The position numbers and the translations under genes were made by a program. Below are positions 1 through 10,796 of a stretch of DNA of 64,000 nt, in pieces; positions within the stretch are counted from its first letter, which is position 1, and each line of letters begins with the position of its first letter. The stretch covers positions 2,016,001 through 2,080,000 of the forward strand of contig OY829846.1 of NCBI GenBank assembly GCA_963691875.1. The letters run 5' to 3'. Origin of the DNA: Aureliella sp. Lineage in GTDB: Bacteria; Planctomycetota; Planctomycetia; Pirellulales; Pirellulaceae. The notes below the pieces were generated by a model. That model was not told where the DNA came from. It ran no database searches and was given only the letters and a program-made list of their open reading frames with translations.

Positions 1-826
1 GCTCGTCTTTCCGAAGCAAGCCGTTATCAACGAGGATGCAGCTCAACTGAGGCCCAATGGCCTTGTAGAGCAGTGCCGCGGTAACGGCACTGTCGACACC
101 ACCGGACAGGCCGCAGATAACTCGGTCGTCGCCGATCTCTGCTCGCATTCGCTGAATGGTCTGCTCAGCAAAGTCAGACAAACGCCAACGCCCTTCGCAC
201 TCGCAAATGTTGTACAAAAAGTTGCGAAGAATCTCACTACCTAGAGGAGTGTGGGTAACTTCAGGGTGGAACTGAAGCCCGAAGACAGGCAGGCTCTTAT
301 GTTGCACCGCCGCAAATGGACAAGTGCTGGTGGCAGCGAGTGCTTGAAACTCTTCGGAGACAGCGTTCACCTGATCTCCGTGGCTCATCCAGACTTCAGT
401 TTCTCCAGGCAGACCTGAAAGCAAACCTTCTGGCGAAGTAACTTGTAAGGCCGCGCGTCCGTACTCACGCGATTGGCAGTGGCCCACTTTGCCACCGAGT
501 GCTTCGCAGGCAAGTTGCATTCCGTAGCAAATGCCTAGAATTGGCAAGCCGAGTTCAAAGAGTTTGGGATCGCACTTTGGGGCTCCATCCTCGTAGACAC
601 TTGAGGGGCCACCGGAAAGGATAATTCCCGCTGGCTGCTTGGCCGCAATGGCTTCTGCCGGGAGATCGTGGCGAATGATTTCACAGTAGACGTGCAGTTC
701 TCGAACACGACGTGCGATGAGCTGAGCGTATTGCGATCCAAAATCGAGGACGAGAATCTTTTCTTGTCCCAAGTCTGACGCAGCAGAAGAATTGCTTGCC
801 AGAGAAGCTGACGGGGAGGTTGTCAC
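1..826 (-). CDS. guaA: GMP synthase (glutamine-hydrolysing), 5' part; runs off the window edge
   Basis: Manual translation gives [22 protein letters not shown]...[10 protein letters not shown]...LGICYGMQ...VWMSHGD...GLQFHPEV...CGLSGGVDS...[11 protein letters not shown] start at 826 follows a GAAGGA RBS. Absent from the ORF track because there is no stop inside the window. Confidence 0.95.
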   Translation of the reverse strand, partial: MTTSPSASLASNSSAASDLGQEKILVLDFGSQYAQLIARRVRELHVYCEIIRHDLPAEAIAAKQPAGIILSGGPSSVYEDGAPKCDPKLFELGLPILGICYGMQLACEALGGKVGHCQSREYGRAALQVTSPEGLLSGLPGETEVWMSHGDQVNAVSEEFQALAATSTCPFAAVQHKSLPVFGLQFHPEVTHTPLGSEILRNFLYNICECEGRWRLSDFAEQTIQRMRAEIGDDRVICGLSGGVDSAVTAALLYKAIGPQLSCILVDNGLLRKDE

Positions 827-1022
827 TTTTCTATCCTTCACTGATTCCGGGCCCAAGCCGCCAAACCGGACCAAAACCAAACCGCGAAGTATACGGGCGA
901 ACAAGAATTTCAGCCAGTACGGCCTGCGTTCCGATAAGAGATTATGTCCCGTCAACGCCTACCGAATTTGTTGTTTAGGCCCAAGATTTTGATGGATTTA
1001 CAACCAAACACGGAGAATAAAA

Positions 1023-1370
1023 ATGCCGAAAGTCGACTGGAGCTATCATCGCCCTGGCTGAAAAACCTGCGGGAAAACGCAGGAGTTTCTTGCAGAGAAC
1101 GAAATAGAAACCAAATCCGAAGTCAACGCTAAAAAAGAGACGCATCAGCTTGAGAAAGCCAAAGAGCTTCTTGGAGCAGCAAACAAGCTGTTTGCGGCCA
1201 AAGGAAAGAAAGTTGTAGAAGTCGACTTGAAGAAGGAAACTCTCGAGGACGAGCAGATCACGAAACTGATGTTAGGGCCGACCGGAAATCTCCGTGCCCC
1301 CACGCTCGTCAAGGGCAAGACCGTCATTGTCGGCTTTGAACAAGAAATGTACGAGAAGCTGTTTGGGTAA
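1023..1370 (+). CDS. ArsC/Spx-like thioredoxin-fold protein with in-frame TGA (probable selenocysteine, UxxC), 115 aa
   Basis: GGAG RBS, ATG 1023, then MPKVDWSYHRPG-TGA(1059-1061)-KTCGKTQEFL...MLGPTGNLRAPTLVKGKTVIVGF to TAA 1370. The TGA sits at the first Cys position of the CxxC motif, and a hairpin follows it. Confidence 0.85.
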
Positions 1371-1393
1371 CAAAGGCTGTCGTGATGGATCTG

Positions 1394-1423
1394 GCCAGAA
1401 ATCCTGAATGAAGGATTTCTGGC
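1394..1423. terminator. 12-bp stem hairpin after the ArsC-like gene
   Basis: GCCAGAAATCCT-GAATGA-AGGATTTCTGGC. Confidence 0.55.
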
Positions 1424-1815
1424 GATCCGATTTCGAGTGCCTGTTGATACAGGACTTGTGGCGAATCCCGCTATTTTGCCTTTTTCTCCTGCTCGATGGC
1501 TAACTTCGTCCTCTGCATAGAATACCTCGCAGACGGCTTCTCCTTCTTAGAGCCTGGGAACTGTCTCTTTCGCCATAGTCCCACAGTAGCAGAAGGTCTT
1601 GACACGCTCGCAACAAATTTCTGTGTCGCGAGTGCCGACCGTTTCTTGACTACCGCATCAAGCACCTGTCTTTTGATTCGGCCGGAACTCTGGATTCGTG
1701 GTGGCAATGGCAATCAGCGATTTGACGATTGATGTGGCCTAGCCCTCTCAAGATCTTCTCACTTAAGTTGCCGTTGCTGCTTTTTCTACGGAAAGCAGGA
1801 GCCCCGAAGATACAC

Positions 1816-2388
1816 TCATTCGTAAACGATCCTCATCTCTGCCGGCAGGTCCTCATAAGGAATCCTCGGATTTGCCTTCTTCAGTTCTCGGAAGAAGTTG
1901 CTCCAGAAACCACGTCCCCAGCCAATGTGAATTCCTGGATGCCAGAAACTCCCAAAGGAGCCAGACTGCTTGGATTTAGGCATATGAGGATACGCCATAA
2001 TGACGAAGCCTTCATCAGAGGTATCGTAGATGCACCACAGTTTGGTGGCATCGTCAACAACCGACTCAAAATCGAGCTCTCTTGGAGGATTCTGTAATTC
2101 CATTACCTCCGAAAGGTGGCCTTTCTTGGCATCACCATTTGGCGGAATAAATCGCACTCGCGTCAAGTACTTGCCCGACGACGCATCCCGTTTTGCATAA
2201 ACCACAAATCTTCCGTAGCGTGGCTCCTGCTCGTCATGGACAACGCGATACCCCGAATCCATCCACCATAATGCTATTGCAGCTATCGCGATCAAGCCGA
2301 GCAAGAACCTGAGTGAGAACCGGGTGACGGTGGTAGGCTTAGAGTTCAACGGGTGATCCTTAGCGAGCCTCACGATGCATGGGGTCAC
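1816..2388 (-). CDS. hypothetical membrane-anchored protein
   Basis: 190-aa ORF with RFSLRFLLGLIAIAAIALWW, an N-terminal TM motif typical of planctomycetes; start uncertain. Confidence 0.6.
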   Translation of the reverse strand: MTPCIVRLAKDHPLNSKPTTVTRFSLRFLLGLIAIAAIALWWMDSGYRVVHDEQEPRYGRFVVYAKRDASSGKYLTRVRFIPPNGDAKKGHLSEVMELQNPPRELDFESVVDDATKLWCIYDTSDEGFVIMAYPHMPKSKQSGSFGSFWHPGIHIGWGRGFWSNFFRELKKANPRIPYEDLPAEMRIVYE

Positions 2389-2597
2389 TCATAATAACAA
2401 AATTGCAACTGCTACCCGTTGGAGCCCCGGCTTCAGCCGCAGCCTCCCTTTCAGGTCTTTCCTTGCCCCTCGAGCCTGTATTGGCTGCGGCGAACTACCG
2501 ACAAGCTCATCGAGCTGCTTCACTCCTGTTCCCCCTTGATAAAGATTGCGTATACCATACTCTCGGTCATGGATTTGCAGCACGGATAACGGAGAAC

Positions 2598-5270
2598 ATG
2601 GTGAGTCAGACTGCGGAGCATTTTAGGCTAGAAGCCGCCAGTACGCGGCAAGCAAATTGGCAGCGTTGGGGACCTTATCTTTCGGAACGGCAGTGGGGTA
2701 CCGTTCGTGAGGACTATTCCGAGAACCAGGACGCTTGGAGCTACTTTCCGCATGACCACTCGCGCAGCCGCGCTTACCGCTGGGGCGAGGACGGCTTGCT
2801 CGGAATCTGCGACCGCCAGTGCCGCCTTTGCTATGGGTTTGCATTCTGGAATGGTAAAGACGCGATCCTCAAAGAACGGCTTTTTGGACTGACAGGCCCG
2901 GAAGGCAACCATGGCGAGGATGTGAAAGAGTGCTACTACTATCTCGACAGCACACCTACCCACTCTTACATGCAAGGCCTTTACAAGTATCCGCAATCGG
3001 AGTTTCCATATTCGAAATTGTTGCAAGAAAACAGGTCGAGAAATCGCCTCGAGCTCGAATACGAACTGGCCGATACTGGCGTCTTCGACGAAGAGCGGTA
3101 TTTCGATTGCCAGATTGAGTACACGAAGAACTCTGCCGACGACATCCTGATTCGTTTAACCGTGACCAATCGTGGGCCGAACGCTTCGACGATCCACATC
3201 CTGCCGCAGTGGTGGTATCGCAACACTTGGACTTGGAATTGCACTCAGGAAGGCTGTACGCCCAAGCCAATGATCCGCACCGAAGATGACGGGAAAATCC
3301 ACGGTTACCATACGACTTTAGGCCATTGGATCATGGCCGTTGATTGCAGTTCAGATGGCCAGGATGCGAAGTATCTATTCACCGACAACGAAACCAATAC
3401 TGATTTGCATCCTGACGTACCTTCGACCAGTGGAAGTTTCAAGGACGCGTTCCACAATTACGTCGTACATGGGCGCGAAGGTGCCGTAGCCCCTCAGCCG
3501 AAAGGAACCAAGGTTGCATCCTACACCGAACACCTCATACAACCTGGCGAATCGGTTGTCATTCGAGCCCGGATGTGCCAAGCCGAACTTTCGCCCACAG
3601 AGTGGTTCGGCAAGCCCTTCGACCAGAGCTTCTCGCAGCGGAAGCAAGAGGCCGACGAGTTCTACGCTTCCGTCATTCCGGCTGGTACGACAGCGGATGA
3701 AAAGCTTGTGATGCGTCAAGCTTATGCAGGGCTTCTCTGGACTAAACAGTTCTATCACTACGTCGTAAACGCTTGGCTAGAGGGCGACGATAACTATCGG
3801 ATTAACACGAATCAACGTCGCTTCGGCCGGAACCACGATTGGCAGCACTTGTTCAATCGCGACGTGATTAGCATGCCCGACAAGTGGGAGTACCCCTGGT
3901 ACGCCGCTTGGGATCTTGCCTTTCACATGCTACCTATGGCAGAGGTCGACCCAAACTTCGCCAAAGACCAACTGATTCTGTTCCTGCGAGAATGGTACAT
4001 GCATCCCAGCGGTGCCATCCCAGCCTACGAATGGGCGCTCAATGACGTAAATCCTCCGGTGCACGCTTGGGCTTGCTGGAATATCTATCGAATGGGGCAG
4101 AAGGCGGGTTATGAAGACAAAGATTTTCTTGCGAGAGCGTTTCAGAAGCTGCTTCTCAATTTTACTTGGTGGGTTAACCGCAAGGACCCCGAAGGCAATC
4201 ACATCTTCAGTGGCGGCTTCCTGGGCTTGGACAACATTGGAGTCTTTGATCGCAGCAAACCGCTGCCGACCGGCGGCGCCTTGAATCAAGCGGATGCTAC
4301 GGCGTGGATGGCATTCTTCTGTGGCGTTATGCTAGATATTGCCCTGGAACTTGCACCTGAACGCGGCGCTTATGCCGATATGGCTAGCAAGTTTTTCGAG
4401 CACTACGTGTCGATCGCCGATGCCACTAACGCCTTGCACAATACCGGCTTGTGGGACGACCAAGATGGCTTTTACTATGATCATCTCGCCAAAGACGGCG
4501 AAAGCATTCCGCTGCGAGTCCGTTCACTGGTCGGGCTAATTCCACTTTGCACGCCAGTCATTTTGGACGAAGCGAAGATCGCGAACTTACCTGGATTCCG
4601 AAAACGCACCGAATGGTTCTTGCAGAATCGACAGGACATGTCAAAGCACATGAACTACATGACTCGCGAGTGCGAAGAAGGGCAGGAGCATGGCATGCGG
4701 TTACTCGCCCTTCCGAGTACGGAACGATTGCTACGACTGCTTGAAGTCATGTTGGACGAGAACGAGTTCTTGTCTCCGTACGGCATCCGATCTATGTCCG
4801 CCAAGCATGAGCACGAGCCCTATGTTTTCGAATGGGGCGGGGAACGCGAAGAAGTGAAGTATGTGCCTGGTGAGAGTGACACTTGGATGTTCGGCGGGAA
4901 CAGCAATTGGCGTGGCCCCATCTGGTTCCCGCTCAACTATCTGATCATCGAATCGCTACGCAAGTACTACAGCTTCTATGGCGATAGCTTACAGGTTGAA
5001 TACCCAACGGGTTCCGGTAACAAAATGAATCTGGCCCAAGTTGCTACCGAAATCGAACGCCGGCTGAGCCAGATCTTCTTGGCGGATGACAGTGGTAGAC
5101 GTCCTTGCCATGGTACAGAGGGCCGCTATGCGGGACACGACAACTGGAAAGACCTCGTATTGTTCTACGAATATTTTCACGGCGACAATGCTCGTGGACT
5201 CGGTGCGAGCCACCAGACCGGCTGGACCGCGCTCGTCGCCACGATGCTCCAAAACCAAGCGACCCAATAG
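2598..5270 (+). CDS. GH63-like / MGH1-like glycoside hydrolase
   Basis: WGPYLSERQWGTVREDYS, MPDKWEYPWYAAWDLAFH, NWRGPIW, GASHQTGWT; GGAG RBS before ATG 2598. Confidence 0.9.
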   Translation: MVSQTAEHFRLEAASTRQANWQRWGPYLSERQWGTVREDYSENQDAWSYFPHDHSRSRAYRWGEDGLLGICDRQCRLCYGFAFWNGKDAILKERLFGLTGPEGNHGEDVKECYYYLDSTPTHSYMQGLYKYPQSEFPYSKLLQENRSRNRLELEYELADTGVFDEERYFDCQIEYTKNSADDILIRLTVTNRGPNASTIHILPQWWYRNTWTWNCTQEGCTPKPMIRTEDDGKIHGYHTTLGHWIMAVDCSSDGQDAKYLFTDNETNTDLHPDVPSTSGSFKDAFHNYVVHGREGAVAPQPKGTKVASYTEHLIQPGESVVIRARMCQAELSPTEWFGKPFDQSFSQRKQEADEFYASVIPAGTTADEKLVMRQAYAGLLWTKQFYHYVVNAWLEGDDNYRINTNQRRFGRNHDWQHLFNRDVISMPDKWEYPWYAAWDLAFHMLPMAEVDPNFAKDQLILFLREWYMHPSGAIPAYEWALNDVNPPVHAWACWNIYRMGQKAGYEDKDFLARAFQKLLLNFTWWVNRKDPEGNHIFSGGFLGLDNIGVFDRSKPLPTGGALNQADATAWMAFFCGVMLDIALELAPERGAYADMASKFFEHYVSIADATNALHNTGLWDDQDGFYYDHLAKDGESIPLRVRSLVGLIPLCTPVILDEAKIANLPGFRKRTEWFLQNRQDMSKHMNYMTRECEEGQEHGMRLLALPSTERLLRLLEVMLDENEFLSPYGIRSMSAKHEHEPYVFEWGGEREEVKYVPGESDTWMFGGNSNWRGPIWFPLNYLIIESLRKYYSFYGDSLQVEYPTGSGNKMNLAQVATEIERRLSQIFLADDSGRRPCHGTEGRYAGHDNWKDLVLFYEYFHGDNARGLGASHQTGWTALVATMLQNQATQ

Positions 5271-5275
5271 CCGGT

Positions 5276-5345
5276 AGTTGGCATGGGCTCTCAGCTGCTT
5301 CCAGAATGTGGACGCGACTCACCACAGGCTGGAAGCCATGCGACT
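5276..5345. repeat. REP-like extragenic palindrome
   Basis: GCTTCCAG..TGTGG (5297-5311) pairs with CCACA..CTGGAAGC (5322-5336), with an outer GCATGG/CCATGC pair. Confidence 0.5.
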
Positions 5346-5463
5346 CTTTCGTTTCCCGCCCTGGACTTCGGGCTGCCCCGCTTCTGAAGGATGTGTGTTT
5401 TGGGATACAATGAGATCGCTAACGCTTGAATTATCTTGTGCTCCCTTTAACAGGAAAGCTGTG

Positions 5464-6795
5464 ATGCCCGCGTCATTGCGTCTCCCACTTGTATCTGCCT
5501 TTACCATTCTCTGTTTGACTTCTTTTGCGTGCGGCGACGATTGGCCGCAATGGATGGGTCCGAATCGAGATGGTGTTTATGCCGAAACCGGACTCGTAGA
5601 CTCCATTCCAGAATCAGGCTTGAAAGAACTCTGGCGCGTGCCCGTTGGCAAAGGTTACTCTGGACCGGCTGTCGCGAATGGTCGAGTTTACGTCACCGAC
5701 TACATCGTCGAATCGGGTGAAATCAAGAACAACCCGAGTGCACGCTACGAGCTCACTGGCCAGGAACGCATTCTTTGCTTGAATGCCAAGACCGGTGAGC
5801 AAATCTGGAAGCACGATTATCCTCGAGCCTACGACCTCTCGTACCCAAGCGGTCCTCGAGCCACTCCGACGGTTGACGGTGACAAAGTTTATGTGCTTGG
5901 CGCAGAAGGTGATTTGCTTTGCCTGCAAGCGGACAGTGGCGATGTCGTATGGCAAATGCAGCTGAAGGAAGTTTACGACACCGAGTCGCCGCTCTGGGGA
6001 TTCTCGTCACATCTGCTCGTAGCTGGCGATTTGGTTTACACACTTGCTGGAGGCGACGGCAGCGCCGTGGTGGCACTAAACAAGAACACAGGTAAAGAAG
6101 TCTGGCGGGCCATGACCACGTCGGATGTGGGTTACTGCCCTCCGATCATTTACAACATCGGCGATCGCGATCAGCTAATCATCTGGCACTCGGAAGCAGT
6201 CAATGGATTGAATCCGAAGACCGGAGAAGTTCTTTGGACTTATCCTCTGAAGCCGAAGTATGGAATGTCCATCGCAGCTCCACAGCTTCGCGACAACCAT
6301 TTGTTTGTGTGCGGCATTGGTGAAACCAGCGCGATGCTGCGAATGGGCAAAGACGGCAAACCGATTGATTCCGCTTGGCGCGGCAAGCCCAAGGTGGGAG
6401 TCTATTCAGGCAATGCGACGGCCCTCTTCGAAAAAGATGCAATCTACGGTTCGGATTGTGGCTCAGGCATGTTCATTGCTGTAAACCCCAAGACCGGCGA
6501 GCGTTACTGGCAAGACTTTGCGCTGACGACCAGCGGAACACGCAGAGCTGGACATGGTACCGCGTTCCTAGTTCGCAACGGTAAGTATCACTGGCTGTTC
6601 GCTGAAACAGGCGACTTGATCTTGGCCAAGCTTAGCCCCGAAAAGTTTGAAGTACGAGGGCGGATGCGTATCCTCGAGCCGACGAACGAGTGCTTTGGGC
6701 GCGAAGTTGTCTGGTCACACCCAGCCTTCGCTCAAAAATGCGTCTTTGCCCGAAACGACAAAGAAATAGTTTGCATCAGCCTCGCCGCAGAATAG
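5464..6795 (+). CDS. PQQ-binding-like beta-propeller repeat protein (BamB-like)
   Basis: Signal peptide, then DDWPQWMGPNRDG, GYSGPAVANGRVY, GPRATPTVDG, WSHPAFA. Confidence 0.9.
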   Translation: MPASLRLPLVSAFTILCLTSFACGDDWPQWMGPNRDGVYAETGLVDSIPESGLKELWRVPVGKGYSGPAVANGRVYVTDYIVESGEIKNNPSARYELTGQERILCLNAKTGEQIWKHDYPRAYDLSYPSGPRATPTVDGDKVYVLGAEGDLLCLQADSGDVVWQMQLKEVYDTESPLWGFSSHLLVAGDLVYTLAGGDGSAVVALNKNTGKEVWRAMTTSDVGYCPPIIYNIGDRDQLIIWHSEAVNGLNPKTGEVLWTYPLKPKYGMSIAAPQLRDNHLFVCGIGETSAMLRMGKDGKPIDSAWRGKPKVGVYSGNATALFEKDAIYGSDCGSGMFIAVNPKTGERYWQDFALTTSGTRRAGHGTAFLVRNGKYHWLFAETGDLILAKLSPEKFEVRGRMRILEPTNECFGREVVWSHPAFAQKCVFARNDKEIVCISLAAE

Positions 6796-6813
6796 AAACG
6801 GACTTCGCCAATA

Positions 6814-7950
6814 ATGCCGGAACTCTCCAATTACGAGCTAGTCGATACATCCAAGCTCATCACGCCTTGTGTGTTGGTCTATCCAGACCTGATTCGTCAG
6901 AACCTCGAAGCCTCTTTGCAGATCGCGGGTGATGTGAGTCGATTGCGGCCGCATGTGAAAACGCATAAGACGCCGCAAATCGTGCAGATGCAACTTGAGC
7001 TTGGCATTACCAAACACAAGTGCGCGACGCTATGTGAAGCGAGGATGTTGGCCCAGCAGTCGGTGGGAGAGATTCTTGTTGCCTATCCGCAAGTAGGTCC
7101 TGCCATTGCGAAGTTCTGCGGTCTGGTAAGTGAATATCCTGCGGTTAGATTCGCGACGATTGTCGACGATTTGGTTTGTGTAAAAACGCTCGGTGAATGC
7201 TTGACTGCCAGCGATCTCCAAGCAGATGTTTACGTCGATATTGACAATGGCATGCACCGCACGGGCATTCCGGCTGGTGAAGGTGCGAAAGCGATCTTTG
7301 AGCTGCTCTATGACCATCCGAACATGCACGCTGCCGGATTGCACGTTTACGATGGCCAAAATCACCAGCCGAGTTTGACAGAGCGTCAGGAATCGGTGTC
7401 CGAGTTGCTGAAGCCAATCCTGGAAATGGTGGAGCAACTTAAGGTAGCTGGTCGCGAGGTTCCGAAGTTGATCTGCGGCGGCACGCCAACCTTCGGAGTT
7501 TTTGCTGGGCTAGACCTGCAGCTTGCAGGAACGGAAATCGAATGCTCGCCTGGAACCTGCGTGCTCTCCGACTTCAACTACGGCCGTGACTATCCGGATC
7601 TTGCTGGGATTCAGCACGCCGCCGTTGTGATGACTCGGGTGATTTCCAAGCAGCCGGGATCTGGCCAATTCACTTGCGATCTTGGCAACAAAGCAATCGC
7701 AGCTGACCCTCCCGCCGGAAGCCGTTGCCATTTCTTGGGCTTGCCCAATGCCGTGGAAGTCAAGCAGAACGAAGAGCACTTGATTGTTCGCTGCGACAAT
7801 GCAGATGATTTCCAAGTGGGTGACGTACTCTATGCTATCCCAGCGCACATCTGTCCCACCATGGCTCTGCACCGATTCGTACAGGTCATCCGTGACGGCA
7901 AGCACGAAGACACTTGGGAAGTGACGGCACGGGATCGGATTTATCAGTAG
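6814..7950 (+). CDS. D-threonine aldolase / alanine-racemase-fold PLP-dependent enzyme
   Basis: LRPHVKTHK (PLP Lys), DNGMHRTG, GGTPT, EEH, PAHICPT. Confidence 0.85.
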   Translation: MPELSNYELVDTSKLITPCVLVYPDLIRQNLEASLQIAGDVSRLRPHVKTHKTPQIVQMQLELGITKHKCATLCEARMLAQQSVGEILVAYPQVGPAIAKFCGLVSEYPAVRFATIVDDLVCVKTLGECLTASDLQADVYVDIDNGMHRTGIPAGEGAKAIFELLYDHPNMHAAGLHVYDGQNHQPSLTERQESVSELLKPILEMVEQLKVAGREVPKLICGGTPTFGVFAGLDLQLAGTEIECSPGTCVLSDFNYGRDYPDLAGIQHAAVVMTRVISKQPGSGQFTCDLGNKAIAADPPAGSRCHFLGLPNAVEVKQNEEHLIVRCDNADDFQVGDVLYAIPAHICPTMALHRFVQVIRDGKHEDTWEVTARDRIYQ

Positions 7951-8195
7951 AGACCGCCCTTCTGAGACCTCCCTTCTCGACGGGCGAGCCGGCAAAATCT
8001 GTGTCTGCGGACCGGGGTTTTGTGAAGAAAGCATGAAGCTGACAATCCAGCATTGCCTCGAGCTCGAGGATGGAGAAACTCAATTTACTGAGCTGTTTCC
8101 TTGACGAAGCGCCGGTATTTTTTCCTTCGAAATCGTTGCACGCTTGCCACCGCGACGGCCCGAACGTCTAGATGAAAATTCGCCACGAAAATTGA

Positions 8196-10790
8196 GTGAT
8201 GTTGCGCCCCTCCATAGTGCTCGGCTCCTTGCTTCTAATCGTCATATTTTGTGGGCCGGCGGCATTCCGTTCCGATCTGTTTCGTGGGCGGGGAATTCAA
8301 GACGCACTCCAACTCTCGCAAGCTGACCTTCATCAACTAGAAGGCAGTCGCGACAGCGGCCTTACCAAACTGCCTTCCACAGCGAGGCAGGCCGTCGCTT
8401 TTTTGAGGACAAAGTGTATCGCTGTCACAATCCGCGTGAGCACTCTGGCAGCTTAGACCTGACGACGCATGACGGTCTTTTGGCTGGTGGAGATTCCGGT
8501 AGAGCGTTTGAAGCCGACAATCCGAAAGCGAGCCTGCTGTTAAAACGAATTGTTGATACTGAATCACCGATGCCGCCCGAGGGCAAGGGTGAGGCTCTTA
8601 TTGCATCAGAGCTGCAGGTCATTCAGGACTGGCTTGCGGGCGGAGCACTCTTTCCAAGCGATCCAGACCATTGGGCATTTCATCAGGAACCAAAGGGGGC
8701 ACCGTACCCAGCTAACACGAGTATTGATTCTTTGCTTTGCAAGATTAGGGCGGAGCAAGGCTTGGCAGCCGGGAATGTCGCCCGGACAGCAGATCGCAGG
8801 AAGCTCATCCAGCGTCTGTTCCTAGACCTCACAGGCCTACCACCCTCGGCTACAGACTTGGGAACGCCATTTTTTATCGAAGAGCTCCCGGTGGTATTCT
8901 GAGTTGGTTGATGAGCTATTAGCTAGCCCTCGTTACGAAGTTCGTTGGGCCCAATCGTGGCTCGATCTCGCACGCTATGCTGATAGCGATGGCTTTGAGA
9001 AAGATTTGGTGCGTCCCGACGCGTGGCGTTACCGTCAGTGGGTGGTAGATGTTCTAAATCAGGATCTGCCATTCGATAAGTTCAGCAAATGGCAAATCGC
9101 AGGTGACTGCTACTCAGATCCCACCCTTAGCCAGCAACTTGCAACTGGCTTTCTACGTTGTGCTCCAGCCAACCGCGAAGGTGGTACTGATCCCCACAAA
9201 AATGATTTTGAGCGGGACATAGATCGTCTCAACTCGATTGGCTCGATCTGGCTCGGTATCAGCCTTGAATGCGCTCAGTGTCATGATCACCCCTTTGAAC
9301 CGGTCTCTCAGCGCGATTATTTTCAACTGCTTTCCTTCGTCGAAGACTGTGAGAATGAAACAATTTTTGCGCCCAGTAACGCAAACGACTCGGAGGCTAA
9401 GCTGCTATCGGAGTATCGTGCAAAGCGCGAGGCGTTCGTTAAACAATGGAATCTCGCTGAACTACAAGCAGATTGGGAAGAAAAGCTCCGCTACACGAAA
9501 GCCCATTACGGCGAGGATAACGGATGGGACAATCAGTGGTTAAGACTGCAGATCTACATCGACAATGCGCAAGCTATTCTGTTTTGTGATCCCAGCGAAC
9601 GGACCATCCTCGAACAGGATCAATTGCTCGAGTTTTTCCTCGAGGAATCGGACGATGCGTATCCTCGCTCGCTACATGCAACGTGGGAGCTCGACAAGGC
9701 ACTGAAGGCCTTTGACGCTATGCAGGCAGAATTTGATTTCGAAAAAGGTATGGTGACTCGGCCCAGCAAGCACCGAGCGCCGACTTTTATTCGTGTTCGC
9801 GGGGATTTTTACCAGCCCTCAGTTGAAGTGCAGGCTGGTTTCCCAGCAGCCTTTGGGCGTTCAGCCCCCGAAAATGCAACGCGAGAAGCGTTGGCAAGCT
9901 GGTTGTTTGAGGATTGCCAATTGTTGACGGCTCGGGTCGCAGTGGACCGAGTTTGGGGAGAGTTGTTTGGTCAAGGTTTTCTTGCTGATGGAGCAGACTT
10001 TGGAGTGCAAACAGGTGCTCCAGTGTTACTAGAAGTCCTGGACTTTGTCCCTTCTAATTGGAGCCAACAAGGCTGGAGCTTGAAAGACCTTATCCGAATG
10101 ATTGTCCATTCGAAGGCTTATCAGCAAAACTCGGTTGTCGCCCCCAACCTGATCGAACTAGATCCCACCAACCTATTCTTTACTCGACAAACGCGAATGC
10201 GACTCGGTGGAGAACAGTTAAGAGATCGAGTCTTGTTCGTGGGTGCCATGCTGAATGAGGTAGGTGGACGTAGCTTTTTTCCACCACAACCATTTGGCTT
10301 CGACAGACTTTCGTTCAATCCCACCGACTTTTGGATGACCTCGCGGGGTGAGGAACAGTACCGCCGGAGTCTTTACATTCATCGCCAGCGTTCAGCTCTA
10401 TTTCCTTTTTTGGATCTGTTAGGTAGCCCTGCAGGCAATGCACCCTGCACTTTTCGCCGAATTACGGCATCGCCACTAACATCCCTGGCACTGCTAAACG
10501 AGGAGCTGGTACTGAAGTCGGCGCGGGTATTGGCTGAACAAACATGCCAGGAGGAAGAAACTTTTGATGCACGTCTCCGTTTAATGTGGCGTAGCGTGTT
10601 CAGCGACTTGCCTTCTCACCAAGAGCTGCATCTGAGCCGGCAATTCTTATCTGAACAAGAGGCAGCATTTGCAAGGGATCCAACATCCGTCTTTCAGTTA
10701 ACACACAAGCGTGGCCCAGCCAGCTTGGCGTCATGGACGCTGCTTGCACGAAGCTTGATGAATACAGATCGATTTCAAAGACGAGAATGA
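8196..10790 (+). pseudogene. PSD1 / planctomycete cytochrome c (DUF1549/DUF1553) gene broken by two frameshifts
   Basis: Three consecutive ORFs supply consecutive parts of one protein: KC(IA)/CH heme motif split near 8421; RLFLDLTGLPP then VDELLASPRY..WLDLARYADSDG split near 8860-8876; CAQCHDHP; YRRSLY. Confidence 0.75.
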
Positions 10791-10796
10791 TTGAAG

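Noticed and set aside
43..741. Short ORFs suggesting guaA is fragmented
   Set aside because: Manual translation of most of 1-826 shows one continuous guaA frame; these ORFs are in other frames
1471..1732. 80-aa and 78-aa overlapping ORFs
   Set aside because: No motif or clear RBS; cannot tell which, if either, is real
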